DNA of 64,000 bases from Clostridia bacterium (GTDB lineage Bacteria > Bacillota > Clostridia > Oscillospirales > CAG-272), in NCBI GenBank assembly GCA_017396225.1, contig JAFQMP010000073.1, positions 1,897-65,896 of the forward strand, written 5' to 3'. Below, in pieces: positions 55,316 through 63,928 of this stretch; position 1 is the first letter of the stretch, and each line of letters opens with the position of its first letter. The notes beneath the pieces are model-generated. The model ran no database searches and was not told the origin of the DNA. It worked only from the letters and a program-made list of their open reading frames with translations. The position numbers and the translations under genes were made by a program.

Positions 55316-56068
55316 ATGCATCTTGACTATGAAAATCTGGCAGAAAACGCCGTCCTGCTCGGCGATGCAGCATACAAGACCGCCAAGGATTTTTTGCGCG
55401 GCACACGCAAGTTTTTGAAAGAGGTGCAATATGACGTGGACGCCTTCCGTCAGCGTGACCCTGCCGCCAAGAGCGATGCGGAAATTCTGCTGCTCTATTC
55501 GGGTCTGCACGCACGCACCGCGCACCGCATCTCACACAAGCTCCACAAAAAAGGCTACACCTTTGCCGCACGCGCTGTCAGCCAATGCGCAAAGATGATT
55601 ACAGGCATTGAAATTCACCCGGGTGCCACCATCGGGCGCGGTCTGGTGATTGACCACGGCACAGGCGTTGTCATCGGCGAAACCGCCGAAATCGGCGACA
55701 ACTGCACCATTTATCAGGGTGTCACCCTGGGCGGCACAGGCAAGGACGTCGGCAAACGCCACCCCACGCTCGGCAACGGTGTGATGATTGGCGCAGGCGC
55801 TAAGGTGCTTGGCCCCCTGACCATTGGCGATAACGCGAAGATTGCCGCAGGCGCCGTTGCCTTGCACGATATTCCCGCAGGCAGCACCGCCGTGGGTATT
55901 CCCGCACGCGTTGTCAGCGTGGACGGTGTACGCGTCACAGAGGACCTCGACCAGATTCACATTCCCGACCCTGTCAAGGAGGAGCTTGCCTCGCTGGGTG
56001 AGGAAATCAAGGAGCTGCGCCTTGCGCTTGAAGCACTCAAAAAAACCGCCGACAAGGCTACCGAATAA
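55316..56068 (+). CDS. cysE: serine O-acetyltransferase
   Basis: 250 aa. SATase N-terminal helices plus hexapeptide repeats (GATIGRGLVIDHGTGVVIGETAEIGDNCTIYQGVTLGG). Confidence 0.9.
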   Translation: MHLDYENLAENAVLLGDAAYKTAKDFLRGTRKFLKEVQYDVDAFRQRDPAAKSDAEILLLYSGLHARTAHRISHKLHKKGYTFAARAVSQCAKMITGIEIHPGATIGRGLVIDHGTGVVIGETAEIGDNCTIYQGVTLGGTGKDVGKRHPTLGNGVMIGAGAKVLGPLTIGDNAKIAAGAVALHDIPAGSTAVGIPARVVSVDGVRVTEDLDQIHIPDPVKEELASLGEEIKELRLALEALKKTADKATE

Positions 56069-56080
56069 AGGAGTTTTCGT

Positions 56081-57532
56081 ATGATTCTTTACAACACTGC
56101 CACGCACAAGCGTGAGGAATTTGTCCCCAATGAGCCGGGAAAGGTCAGCATTTACACCTGTGGCCCTACCGTCTATCACTACGCACACATCGGCAACCTG
56201 CGTACCTATATTATGGAGGATATTCTTGACCGTTATATGCGCTATCAGGGCTACGAGGTCACCCGCGTGATGAACATCACCGACGTCGGTCACCTGTCGA
56301 GTGACGGCGACACGGGCGAGGACAAGATGCTCAAAGGTGCGAAGCGCGAGAAAAAGACCGTCATGGAAATCGCGCAATACTACACCGACTGCTTTTTTGC
56401 AGACTGCAAAAAGCTCAATATCCGCCGTCCCGACATCGTTGACCCCGCGACCGCCTGCATTGACGAGTTTATCAAGGTCATTCTCTCCCTGATTGAAAAG
56501 GGCTACGCGTACGAGGCGGGCGGCAACATCTACTTTGACACCTCCAAGCTCGCGCAGTACTACATCTTCAACGATTTCACCTCAGAGGACCTCGCCGTTG
56601 GCGTACGCGAGGGCGTTGAGGAGGACGGCAACAAGAAAAACAAGGCCGACTTCGTGCTCTGGTTCACCAAGTCCAAGTTTGATGACCAGGAATTGAAATG
56701 GGACAGCCCCTGGGGCATCGGCTACCCTGGTTGGCACATTGAGTGCTCCTGCATCGCGATGAAGCACCTTGGCGAGCGCCTTGACATTCACTGCGGCGGC
56801 ATTGACAATGCATTCCCCCACCACACCAACGAGATTGCACAAAGCGAGGCATACCTCGGCCACAAATGGTGCAACTACTGGATGCACGTGCTGCACCTGA
56901 ACACCGACAGCGGTAAGATGTCCAAATCCAAGGGAGAGTTCCTGACCGTTTCCCTGCTCGAAAGCAAGGGCTACTCCCCCCTTGCCTACCGCTTCTTCTG
57001 CCTTGGCTCCCACTATCGCCGTTCCCTTGTTTTCTCTTACGAAAACCTTGACAACGCCGTGGTATCCTTTGAAAAGCTGCTGGGGCGCATCGCACAGCTG
57101 CAGCCCGCCGCTGACGAGACCGTAGACAAGGCCGCCCTCGCCGAGCTGCAGGCAAAATTCCGCGCTGCGCTTGACAACGACCTCAACACCAGCCTTGCCA
57201 TTACCGCCCTTTACGATGTGCTGAAGGCAAAGACAAATGCAGCCACCAAGCGTGCAGCCATCGCAGATTTTGATACCGTTCTGGCGCTTAACCTGCTTGA
57301 AACCGCTGACAAGCTGGCAAAGGAAAAGGCTGCCGAGGCTGCCAAGGCGGCCGTACGCGTCTACTCCGACGACCCTGCCATTCGTGCCATTGAGGAGGCG
57401 ATTGACGCCCGCGCCGCAGCCAAGAAGGCCAAGAACTTTGCTGAGGCAGACCGTATTCGCGAGGAGCTGCTTGCACAGGGCATCGTGCTGACCGATACCC
57501 GTGAGGGCACTACCTGGTCGAAGAACTGCTAA
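56081..57532 (+). CDS. cysS: cysteine--tRNA ligase
   Basis: 483 aa. HIGH-type motif (YHYAHIGNLRTY) and KMSKS (GKMSKSKGE). Confidence 0.95.
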   Translation: MILYNTATHKREEFVPNEPGKVSIYTCGPTVYHYAHIGNLRTYIMEDILDRYMRYQGYEVTRVMNITDVGHLSSDGDTGEDKMLKGAKREKKTVMEIAQYYTDCFFADCKKLNIRRPDIVDPATACIDEFIKVILSLIEKGYAYEAGGNIYFDTSKLAQYYIFNDFTSEDLAVGVREGVEEDGNKKNKADFVLWFTKSKFDDQELKWDSPWGIGYPGWHIECSCIAMKHLGERLDIHCGGIDNAFPHHTNEIAQSEAYLGHKWCNYWMHVLHLNTDSGKMSKSKGEFLTVSLLESKGYSPLAYRFFCLGSHYRRSLVFSYENLDNAVVSFEKLLGRIAQLQPAADETVDKAALAELQAKFRAALDNDLNTSLAITALYDVLKAKTNAATKRAAIADFDTVLALNLLETADKLAKEKAAEAAKAAVRVYSDDPAIRAIEEAIDARAAAKKAKNFAEADRIREELLAQGIVLTDTREGTTWSKNC

Positions 57533-57648
57533 AATTGCGTCTGCTGTTTTTGGCAAATTTACACAAAAACGCAAAAAGTACTTGCTTTTTTCGGTAACAC
57601 ATGCTATACTACAATTACTTATATATTGCTTAACGGAGGACATCATTT

Positions 57649-58059
57649 ATGAAAGCCTTTGCCCGTGTTCTTTCTGTCGTTCTGATTCTGCTTATGCTTA
57701 CCCTGACGTTTGCGTCCTGTGGCGCCCGCGTGCCCAAGGGTCTTTATTTCCGTGGCTCCATGCTTGACGGTGTTTATGAGGGCTACACCTTCATGGGCAA
57801 GAAATTTTCCTTTGATGTTTACCGCGAGTTTGAGCGCGATGATGAACTCTGCTACTCGGGCACCTATAAGTTTGAAAAGGATAAGGAAAACTCCAACAAG
57901 GACGAGGGTCTCACGGTAGGCACCATTACCTTCACCTACATTGACACAAACGGCAATGAGGTTGTGGAGGAAATGGCTTATCGCTATGAGGAGGACGTCA
58001 AGGGCAAGACCGTTCTTCGCCTCGGTGACGATTTCTTCTATCTGTACGTTGAAAACTAA
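57649..58059 (+). CDS. small lipoprotein, unknown function
   Basis: 136 aa with lipobox LTFASC after a hydrophobic signal. RBS GGAGGA. Confidence 0.7.
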   Translation: MKAFARVLSVVLILLMLTLTFASCGARVPKGLYFRGSMLDGVYEGYTFMGKKFSFDVYREFERDDELCYSGTYKFEKDKENSNKDEGLTVGTITFTYIDTNGNEVVEEMAYRYEEDVKGKTVLRLGDDFFYLYVEN

Positions 58060-58072
58060 TTAAATACATAAA

Positions 58073-58105
58073 ATGCCGATGGCTTCCGAACCATCGGCAT
58101 TTTTT
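58073..58105. terminator. bidirectional rho-independent terminator
   Basis: ATGCCGATGG...CCATCGGCAT stem with A/T-run flanks between convergent genes. Confidence 0.85.
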
Positions 58106-58116
58106 ATTGTTCAAAT

Positions 58117-59517
58117 TTACAGGCCTGCACGCTCACGCAATTTCCAGACCGTGCTTTTCCCTGTTCCCTCGGCAATCACAATACCGTCACGCTGCATCTC
58201 GACAAGATACTGTCGCACGCGCGAGAGTGATATACCAAGCACTGCCGACATCTGCCCCGCACGCGCAAAAATAACTGCCGTAAGATATTCCACCAGCAGC
58301 TGCTTTGCCGCAAGCGGCGGCAATGAGCGACGTGCGGGCACCCGTTTCTCACGCAGTGAACCTGCGCGAAGCGGCAAGGTCAGAATCGTAGACTCAGGCT
58401 CAAAGCATTCGGAAAAATACGGCGTGGGGCGTCCACCGTCACGCCAGGCACGCAGCATACGCGGAATACCGCCCCCAATGCCCTCTCCCACGCCCATCAG
58501 TGCCAGCATATGAAAAACTGCGCGGTTTCTCGCATCGGATACACCACCCTGCTTTGCCTGCTGCGGGTTGATGCGGAAGCCACCGGGGTTTGAAAAGCGC
58601 AAAGCGACATCATTTTTCTCTACCGTTATGCCACCAATGCCGCGATAATCGGCATTAACAATACAGTTGCAAAGTGCCTCTGTTGCCGCCTCGCGCGCGG
58701 TTTTGCTACGCGGAAAGGCGTTTGCCAGTGCTGCCTCTGCCGTGTGATAAAACTCAAACAGATTCTGCTCAAGAACGGGCGCAGGGGTGCTTTCGTCCAG
58801 TCGTAGCGAGAGCGCATATTGAGGAAAGGCACGCAGAATTTCTTCATACCGTCCAAACATCAGAAGTCCCGCCGCGCTGGGGTGCAGCCCGCCGTCCTCG
58901 CCTGTGCCTGCGGCATTCAGCTGTATCAGGAGCTCGTGGTCACTGCAGCGCTCCAGGGCATGGCCGGGGCGCAGCGCATGTAAAATTGCACGGTAAGCAG
59001 CCAGACTTTCCTTTTTCAAGGCGTCCAGTTGCATCGTATGCAAAAGCTGCATATCCTGTGTACGTGTGGCAGAATCGCGACGCATCGCGGAAATCTCATC
59101 GGGGGTACAACGATAATCCCCCTCACCACCACGTCGATAAGTACCGCTCCACACATTGTTTTCTATGTATACCGGCTTATCGGCACGATGCGCACGGGGC
59201 ACCTCAACCACCACAATCTGCTTGCCCTGCACACGCGTCACATAAATGTTTTTCTTCGTCAGAATGTTCACGCTGACACGGCGCGGGTCATTCAGTCCGC
59301 GCCAGAGCTTTTCTATCAGTGCTTGCGGATTGGGCAGATCCACTGCATGAAAGGATTTATCCCGCAGCTCCTCCACGCCAAGCAGAATCACGCCGCCCAT
59401 TGTATTGGCAAAAGAAGAGTAGGTCTCCCAAACACTATAGGGCAGACCGCCCAGCGCACGCTTGGCCTCAATGCGATTATTTTCACGGTATTTCTCAATT
59501 CTCTGAAGGTCGATCAA
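58117..59517 (-). CDS. AlbA_2 (Schlafen-like) / HATPase_c_4 / wHTH protein (often annotated ATP-binding protein or RecG-like regulator)
   Basis: 466 aa. N-terminus IEKYRENNRIEAKRALGGLPYSVWETYSSFANTMGGVILLGVEE is typical of the AlbA_2 divergent AAA domain. C-terminal wHTH-like AAKQLLVEYL...ISLSRVRQYLVEMQRDGIVIAEGTGKSTVW. Confidence 0.65.
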   Translation of the reverse strand: MIDLQRIEKYRENNRIEAKRALGGLPYSVWETYSSFANTMGGVILLGVEELRDKSFHAVDLPNPQALIEKLWRGLNDPRRVSVNILTKKNIYVTRVQGKQIVVVEVPRAHRADKPVYIENNVWSGTYRRGGEGDYRCTPDEISAMRRDSATRTQDMQLLHTMQLDALKKESLAAYRAILHALRPGHALERCSDHELLIQLNAAGTGEDGGLHPSAAGLLMFGRYEEILRAFPQYALSLRLDESTPAPVLEQNLFEFYHTAEAALANAFPRSKTAREAATEALCNCIVNADYRGIGGITVEKNDVALRFSNPGGFRINPQQAKQGGVSDARNRAVFHMLALMGVGEGIGGGIPRMLRAWRDGGRPTPYFSECFEPESTILTLPLRAGSLREKRVPARRSLPPLAAKQLLVEYLTAVIFARAGQMSAVLGISLSRVRQYLVEMQRDGIVIAEGTGKSTVWKLRERAGL

Positions 59518-59651
59518 AATCTCACCCCCTCCATGATTATTTTAACATATTTTTTTCAAAAAGGCAAACAATTGCGAGAAAAGACTTGAAAAAGTCCGCC
59601 TTGCTGTGCTATAATGAACTCACCCCAAAAACTTTGACGGAGGATTTTATC

Positions 59652-60059
59652 ATGAAAAAGTTTGTACGCATTCTCACACTTGCCCTTGCTCTCCTGATGC
59701 TGCTGGCAACGCTGGCCGCTTGTGCCCCCGCAAAGGACCCCGATAAAGCAGTTGAGGCCCTGGAAAAGGCAGAATATCTCGTCAACAAGGACACCCGTAT
59801 TCAACCCGCCCTTTTTAAGGTTGCCGGTTATGACCTGACTGCCGTTGTTTCGGGCACTAAGCTGTCTGACAAAGAGGCTGTTGCCATTTACTACTTTGCA
59901 GATGCCGAAAACGCCAAGAAGGCGCTGGAAGAGGTCAAGAAATATGCTGATGAAGCTAAGGACGACGAAGAAGTTGATGAAAAGAACTGGATTGCTCCCA
60001 CACGCTCCGGTAAAATCATTTATTTCGGCACCAAGGGCGCTATCAAAGCTGCTCGATAA
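59652..60059 (+). CDS. small lipoprotein, unknown function
   Basis: 135 aa from MKKFVRILTLALALLMLLATLAAC (lipobox), RBS GGAGGA. The track ORF start at 59319 is an upstream extension. Confidence 0.7.
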   Translation: MKKFVRILTLALALLMLLATLAACAPAKDPDKAVEALEKAEYLVNKDTRIQPALFKVAGYDLTAVVSGTKLSDKEAVAIYYFADAENAKKALEEVKKYADEAKDDEEVDEKNWIAPTRSGKIIYFGTKGAIKAAR

Positions 60060-60075
60060 AATCTAACCACACCCA

Positions 60076-60106
60076 ACAAAGGCGCAAATGCGCCTTTGTT
60101 TTTTTG
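60076..60106 (+). terminator. rho-independent terminator
   Basis: ACAAAGGCGC-AAAT-GCGCCTTTGT followed by a T-run. Confidence 0.85.
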
Positions 60107-60115
60107 CAAACACTA

Positions 60116-60144
60116 TTGACCTTTTGTGATATATCTGCTATAAT
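60116..60144 (+). promoter_or_regulatory. sigma-A promoter
   Basis: TTGACC, 17-nt spacer, TATAAT. Confidence 0.65.
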
Positions 60145-60191
60145 AAATTTAAGTATAACTTATCAGAAGGTATTTGAAAGGAGGGCTTGAT

Positions 60192-61337
60192 ATGCGCAAA
60201 AGACTTTTAGCTATATTGCTGGCACTTTGCTTACTGGCGGCATTCGGCTGCAACAGGAAAAAGCCGCAAACCTCCATCACCTTCAGCGAAAACGGCGTGC
60301 TGACAGCCGAGATTCCCACCGCCAAGCGCGGCTCCGTCATACTCCCCACCCCCGCAGGCACGCACGCGGCGCACTGTATCGGTTGGTCGGCAACAACCAA
60401 CCAGGGTGCAATTTTCCTACCCATGGGAGCGGAGTTTTCCTACAACAGAGGCGACGACATTGATTTCAGCCCCGTCTATCTGCACCTGACAACCCTCTCT
60501 CAGGCAACCATTGACCTGACTGCTGCAAATGGCGGTATACAATACACCACCACAATCAACGCGGGGGAATGGGAGCAGCTCCTTGCCGTCAACGCCGCCC
60601 CTACATGCGGCACCCTGATTTTACCGCAATCCGACCGCGAAGCACTTTCCGCCTTCACACACGACAGCATCGCTGCCGCCGCCATTGCAACAGCAAGGGA
60701 CTATGCAGCAGACATCAATGCGGATAAGTGCGGCTTTCAGACGCTCTTTACAGAGATTTCAACAGGCAAGCGCCTGACGCCCTACACCGCAGTGGGCTAC
60801 GTCAAGCTGACCTACTCTAACGGCGACACCACCTGCATTTACGCCAATTATAAAACGGCAGTGGCACCCATCGCCTCGCTCCTTGGCCTCGCCAAAGCGG
60901 CAATGGAGGATTTGTCCGATGTGCAGACAGACCGTTACATCACGCCTGTCGGTGAAAAATTCTCCCCCTACACACCGGAGGAATACGCCAAGCTGAAGGA
61001 GTACTCTGCCCTGAAGCTCACTCTGATTATCAACCACGAAAACCGCGGCAATCGCGGCTTATCTGCCGACCTGCTCGATGCCTTTGACGAGCGCACCATT
61101 GAGCAAGGCGTTGCCACCTGTGCCGATGAATGGCGTATTCTGCGCGGCCTCATTACCGATATCAAGCAAAACGGCGCGTTGGTCATTACCGCCAAGGACG
61201 GCACCTATATCGAGCGTGAGAATATTTCCGAAATTGTTTTCCAAAATAAGCTGGGCAATATTATGACAATCAGCAACGCGGTATTTTACAACGGCTCCAT
61301 ATATGTGCCCTACACCACCTATTCCGGCAATTATTAA
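60192..61337 (+). CDS. lipoprotein, unknown function
   Basis: 381 aa from MRKRLLAILLALCLLAAFGC (lipobox), RBS GAAAGGAGGG. Confidence 0.7.
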   Translation: MRKRLLAILLALCLLAAFGCNRKKPQTSITFSENGVLTAEIPTAKRGSVILPTPAGTHAAHCIGWSATTNQGAIFLPMGAEFSYNRGDDIDFSPVYLHLTTLSQATIDLTAANGGIQYTTTINAGEWEQLLAVNAAPTCGTLILPQSDREALSAFTHDSIAAAAIATARDYAADINADKCGFQTLFTEISTGKRLTPYTAVGYVKLTYSNGDTTCIYANYKTAVAPIASLLGLAKAAMEDLSDVQTDRYITPVGEKFSPYTPEEYAKLKEYSALKLTLIINHENRGNRGLSADLLDAFDERTIEQGVATCADEWRILRGLITDIKQNGALVITAKDGTYIERENISEIVFQNKLGNIMTISNAVFYNGSIYVPYTTYSGNY

Positions 61338-61342
61338 AAGGC

Positions 61343-61370
61343 AAAAAGCCCTGCAATGCAGGGCTTTTTT
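61343..61370. terminator. bidirectional rho-independent terminator
   Basis: GCCCTGC/GCAGGGC stem with an A-run and a T-run between convergent genes. Confidence 0.8.
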
Positions 61371-62307
61371 AATATCCGAAATAGTTGCGCAGCTGCTGCA
61401 AGGAAAGCTCCTTGGCGCAAAGCGGCAACGACAGATGCCAAAGCGCGGACACGGTGGGGTCCTGATAGCATTGCCAGCTCATACCGCGCGGTGCAAGAGA
61501 TTGCAGCAGCGTGGAAAGGGCCGCCTGCGGCATCGGGCTGTCGCTGTAAAAGCGCACGTGCAGGCGAGGCTCTCCCAACCTGTCCCGCACAACTGCCACG
61601 TGCAGCGCACGTGATGTGGCAATCGGCGCCACAGTAAAGCAAAGCGCAGCCAGCATTGCCGCGAGCAACGCATCATCAGCACCCAGCACCGTACCATAGG
61701 AAAGCGTGCCTAAATCATACTGCACAAGGCACCCTGTAAAGCGCGCAAGCGCTGAAAGGCGTTGCTTTAACACCTCCGACAAATGAGGCGCCTGTTCCTC
61801 ACGCAGGACAGTGCCGCCTGTCGCAGATATCACAGTCCGCAGCCAATCTCTGATAGAAAGATAAGCATGCTCGTCGGGCAGTGCTGTCGCCGTAACCGAA
61901 AGAGGCGAAAAGGAAATGGGCACCCCAAGCGCCTCCTGATAAGCGGCGGGGCGACGTAAAATTTCCGCAATTTCTGCGGGCGGAATCACGGCAAGCAGCG
62001 TCAGGTTTCCACCATAAGGCAACCGTAAAATTACCACAGGCGTGCTTCCGCACTGCGCAAGATATGGCTCGCGCGCCCCGCGCAGCAAGGTCTTTTCAAG
62101 CACATCGCGCTCACCCTTTACAGTACCGAGTGCAGCAAAAAAGTCATCGCCTACCTTGGGTAATCCGTCTGCCGCATAGGCGTGCAACACCTTTCCTGCA
62201 TGCGACAGCAGAAAATATCCGCCGTCAGTTATCGGCGTACGCGCATCAAGCTCGCCGTCTGCCGACAGCATCACACCGTTTATCAAAAAATCATACACAC
62301 TTTTCAC
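61369..62307 (-). CDS. hypothetical protein (312 aa)
   Basis: Long ORF with ordinary composition and no motif I recognise. Confidence 0.55.
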   Translation of the reverse strand: MKSVYDFLINGVMLSADGELDARTPITDGGYFLLSHAGKVLHAYAADGLPKVGDDFFAALGTVKGERDVLEKTLLRGAREPYLAQCGSTPVVILRLPYGGNLTLLAVIPPAEIAEILRRPAAYQEALGVPISFSPLSVTATALPDEHAYLSIRDWLRTVISATGGTVLREEQAPHLSEVLKQRLSALARFTGCLVQYDLGTLSYGTVLGADDALLAAMLAALCFTVAPIATSRALHVAVVRDRLGEPRLHVRFYSDSPMPQAALSTLLQSLAPRGMSWQCYQDPTVSALWHLSLPLCAKELSLQQLRNYFGY

Positions 62308-62386
62308 CGTCCTTTTATTGAAAGCACTGTATAAGAGTCTCCCCTTGCGTCGAGAATAAGGCTACCGCAAGGAAAGGAGATTGATT

Positions 62387-62572
62387 ATGGCACAAATCAC
62401 CGAAAAGGAGCTTTCTGCTCTCGGCGACCTTTTGAGCATGGAGCAAAACCTGTGTGGGAAATGTCAGTTTCTCGCCAAAAACACCGCCGACCAGGCGCTT
62501 GCAGCCGAATATACGGCACTTGCAGCCAGCCACCAACAGCATTTTGACGAGCTGTTTGGGAAATTACAGTAA
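62387..62572 (+). CDS. small spore-coat-associated protein (putative, precedes CotF-like gene)
   Basis: 61 aa from the ATG at 62387, 6 nt after RBS GGAAAGGAGA (the track starts at TTG 62381). Helical, LSALGDLLSMEQNLCGKCQFLAKN. Confidence 0.5.
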   Translation: MAQITEKELSALGDLLSMEQNLCGKCQFLAKNTADQALAAEYTALAASHQQHFDELFGKLQ

Positions 62573-62583
62573 GGAGGCACCCG

Positions 62584-62856
62584 ATGAGTATTCCAACCGC
62601 TTTTACCGATAAGGAGCAAATTACCGACCTGCTGACTGCCGAAAAGCATCTGGCGAGCAGCTACAACGCATTCCTGCTTGAATCTGCCACACCTGAGGTC
62701 GTACACTGCCTGTCTGCACTGCTGCGTGACACCCACGATATGCAGCAGCAGATTTTCCACACCATGCAGGGCCGCAACTGGTATCAAACGCCCAAGGCGG
62801 AGGACACCAAGATTGCCGCCGCCAAGCAAAAATTTTCTGCTGCCGTCAAGCGCTAA
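62584..62856 (+). CDS. spore coat protein, CotF (Coat_F) family
   Basis: 90 aa: FTDKEQITDLLTAEKHLASSYNAFLLESATPEVVHCLSALLRDTHDMQQQIFHTMQGRNWY. Confidence 0.75.
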   Translation: MSIPTAFTDKEQITDLLTAEKHLASSYNAFLLESATPEVVHCLSALLRDTHDMQQQIFHTMQGRNWYQTPKAEDTKIAAAKQKFSAAVKR

Positions 62857-62857
62857 C

Positions 62858-62888
62858 AAAAAAAGCCGCGCCGTTGGCGCGGCTTTTT
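62858..62888. terminator. bidirectional rho-independent terminator
   Basis: AGCCGCGCC-GTT-GGCGCGGCT with A/T-run flanks. Confidence 0.85.
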
Positions 62889-62894
62889 CGTGTA

Positions 62895-63224
62895 TTATTC
62901 CTCGCCGTCTGTTTCCTCGCTGACAGCCTCTGCAGTTTCCTCCTCCGCCTCGGCTGAGCCGTTCTTTTTTTTGAGAATCAGCAGCTCGTCAAACAGTGCA
63001 TCAATAGCGGCAATCACCGCCAGCTTTTCGTCTTCCAGGCTTTCCTCTACGTGAAGGTCACGGTAAACAAGCTCGCCAAGCTTTTCATACTGCTCATCAA
63101 TGCGCGATTGCATCGCCTTCAGTTTCATCGCGTGAGAGGCCTCCGCAGCCAATGCACTTGCCTTGCTTGCCACCTTTTCGGCAGCGGTTTGCGTTTTTGC
63201 AAGAAAACGGCTCCAATTTGACAT
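62895..63224 (-). CDS. hypothetical coiled-coil protein with acidic tail
   Basis: 109 aa, helical, with C-terminal EAEEETAEAVSEETDGEE. Confidence 0.5.
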   Translation of the reverse strand: MSNWSRFLAKTQTAAEKVASKASALAAEASHAMKLKAMQSRIDEQYEKLGELVYRDLHVEESLEDEKLAVIAAIDALFDELLILKKKNGSAEAEEETAEAVSEETDGEE

Positions 63225-63370
63225 ATCGTAACACCTGCCCTTCGCAGAATTTATTCCGTACTATTAGTATAGCGCATTTCAAAAAAATTGTAAAGAACTT
63301 TTCTGCAATGTTTACGGTATAAAATTTTATTTTAACCAAAAAATAAGAAAAAAGGAAGGAGCGCACCTTT

Positions 63371-63820
63371 ATGAACATGGATAACAAAAGCTATGCGCGC
63401 TTTGTTCGTGCGCGCGCCCCACGCTCTCCGATTGCAAGAAACTGCCTGTGGGCATTTCTGGTCGGTGGCGGCATCTGCCTTTTGGGAGAGGGACTAAACC
63501 AAATTTTCACCCGCGCAGCAGGTATGACAACCGATACGGCGGGTACCGTCACCGCTATCATACTGATTTTCATTGCCGTCGCTCTCACAGGCATCGGGCT
63601 TTTTGACCGCATCGCACGCTTTGCGGGCGGGGGCACTCTTGTACCGATTACAGGCTTTGCCAATGCCGTTGCCTCCTCGGCAATTGACGCCCGTGCAGAG
63701 GGCTTTGTCCTCGGTGTCGGCGCAAAAATCTTCACCGTTGCAGGCCCCGTGCTGCTCTACGGAACTGCGGCAGGCGCACTCTATGGGCTCATCTATTGGC
63801 TGTCAGGAATTTTTATCTGA
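63371..63820 (+). CDS. spoVAC: stage V sporulation protein AC
   Basis: 149 aa, 4 TM: WAFLVGGGICLLGEG...GGGTLVPITGFANAV...GAKIFTVAGPVLLYG. Confidence 0.9.
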   Translation: MNMDNKSYARFVRARAPRSPIARNCLWAFLVGGGICLLGEGLNQIFTRAAGMTTDTAGTVTAIILIFIAVALTGIGLFDRIARFAGGGTLVPITGFANAVASSAIDARAEGFVLGVGAKIFTVAGPVLLYGTAAGALYGLIYWLSGIFI

Positions 63821-63880
63821 CGATTCCGCGAAAGGGGCGAATTTTCAGCCAAAAAGCCGCCAAAAAAGGAATGTTTTCTC

Positions 63881-63909
63881 TTGACAGTTCCCCGCTTTAA
63901 TGCTATAAT
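63881..63909 (+). promoter_or_regulatory. consensus sigma-A promoter of the tRNA gene
   Basis: TTGACA, 17-nt spacer, TATAAT. The tRNA starts about 20 nt downstream. Confidence 0.75.
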
Positions 63910-63928
63910 GTATGGCGTATCCAAATAA

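Noticed and set aside
50502-57646. Minus-strand ORFs 50502..51308, 52706..53389, 53056..53802, 54046..54894, 55532..56377 and 56582..57646
   Set aside because: Antisense shadows of prfC, nagB, the phosphohexomutase, cysE and cysS. All of those have diagnostic motifs on the plus strand.
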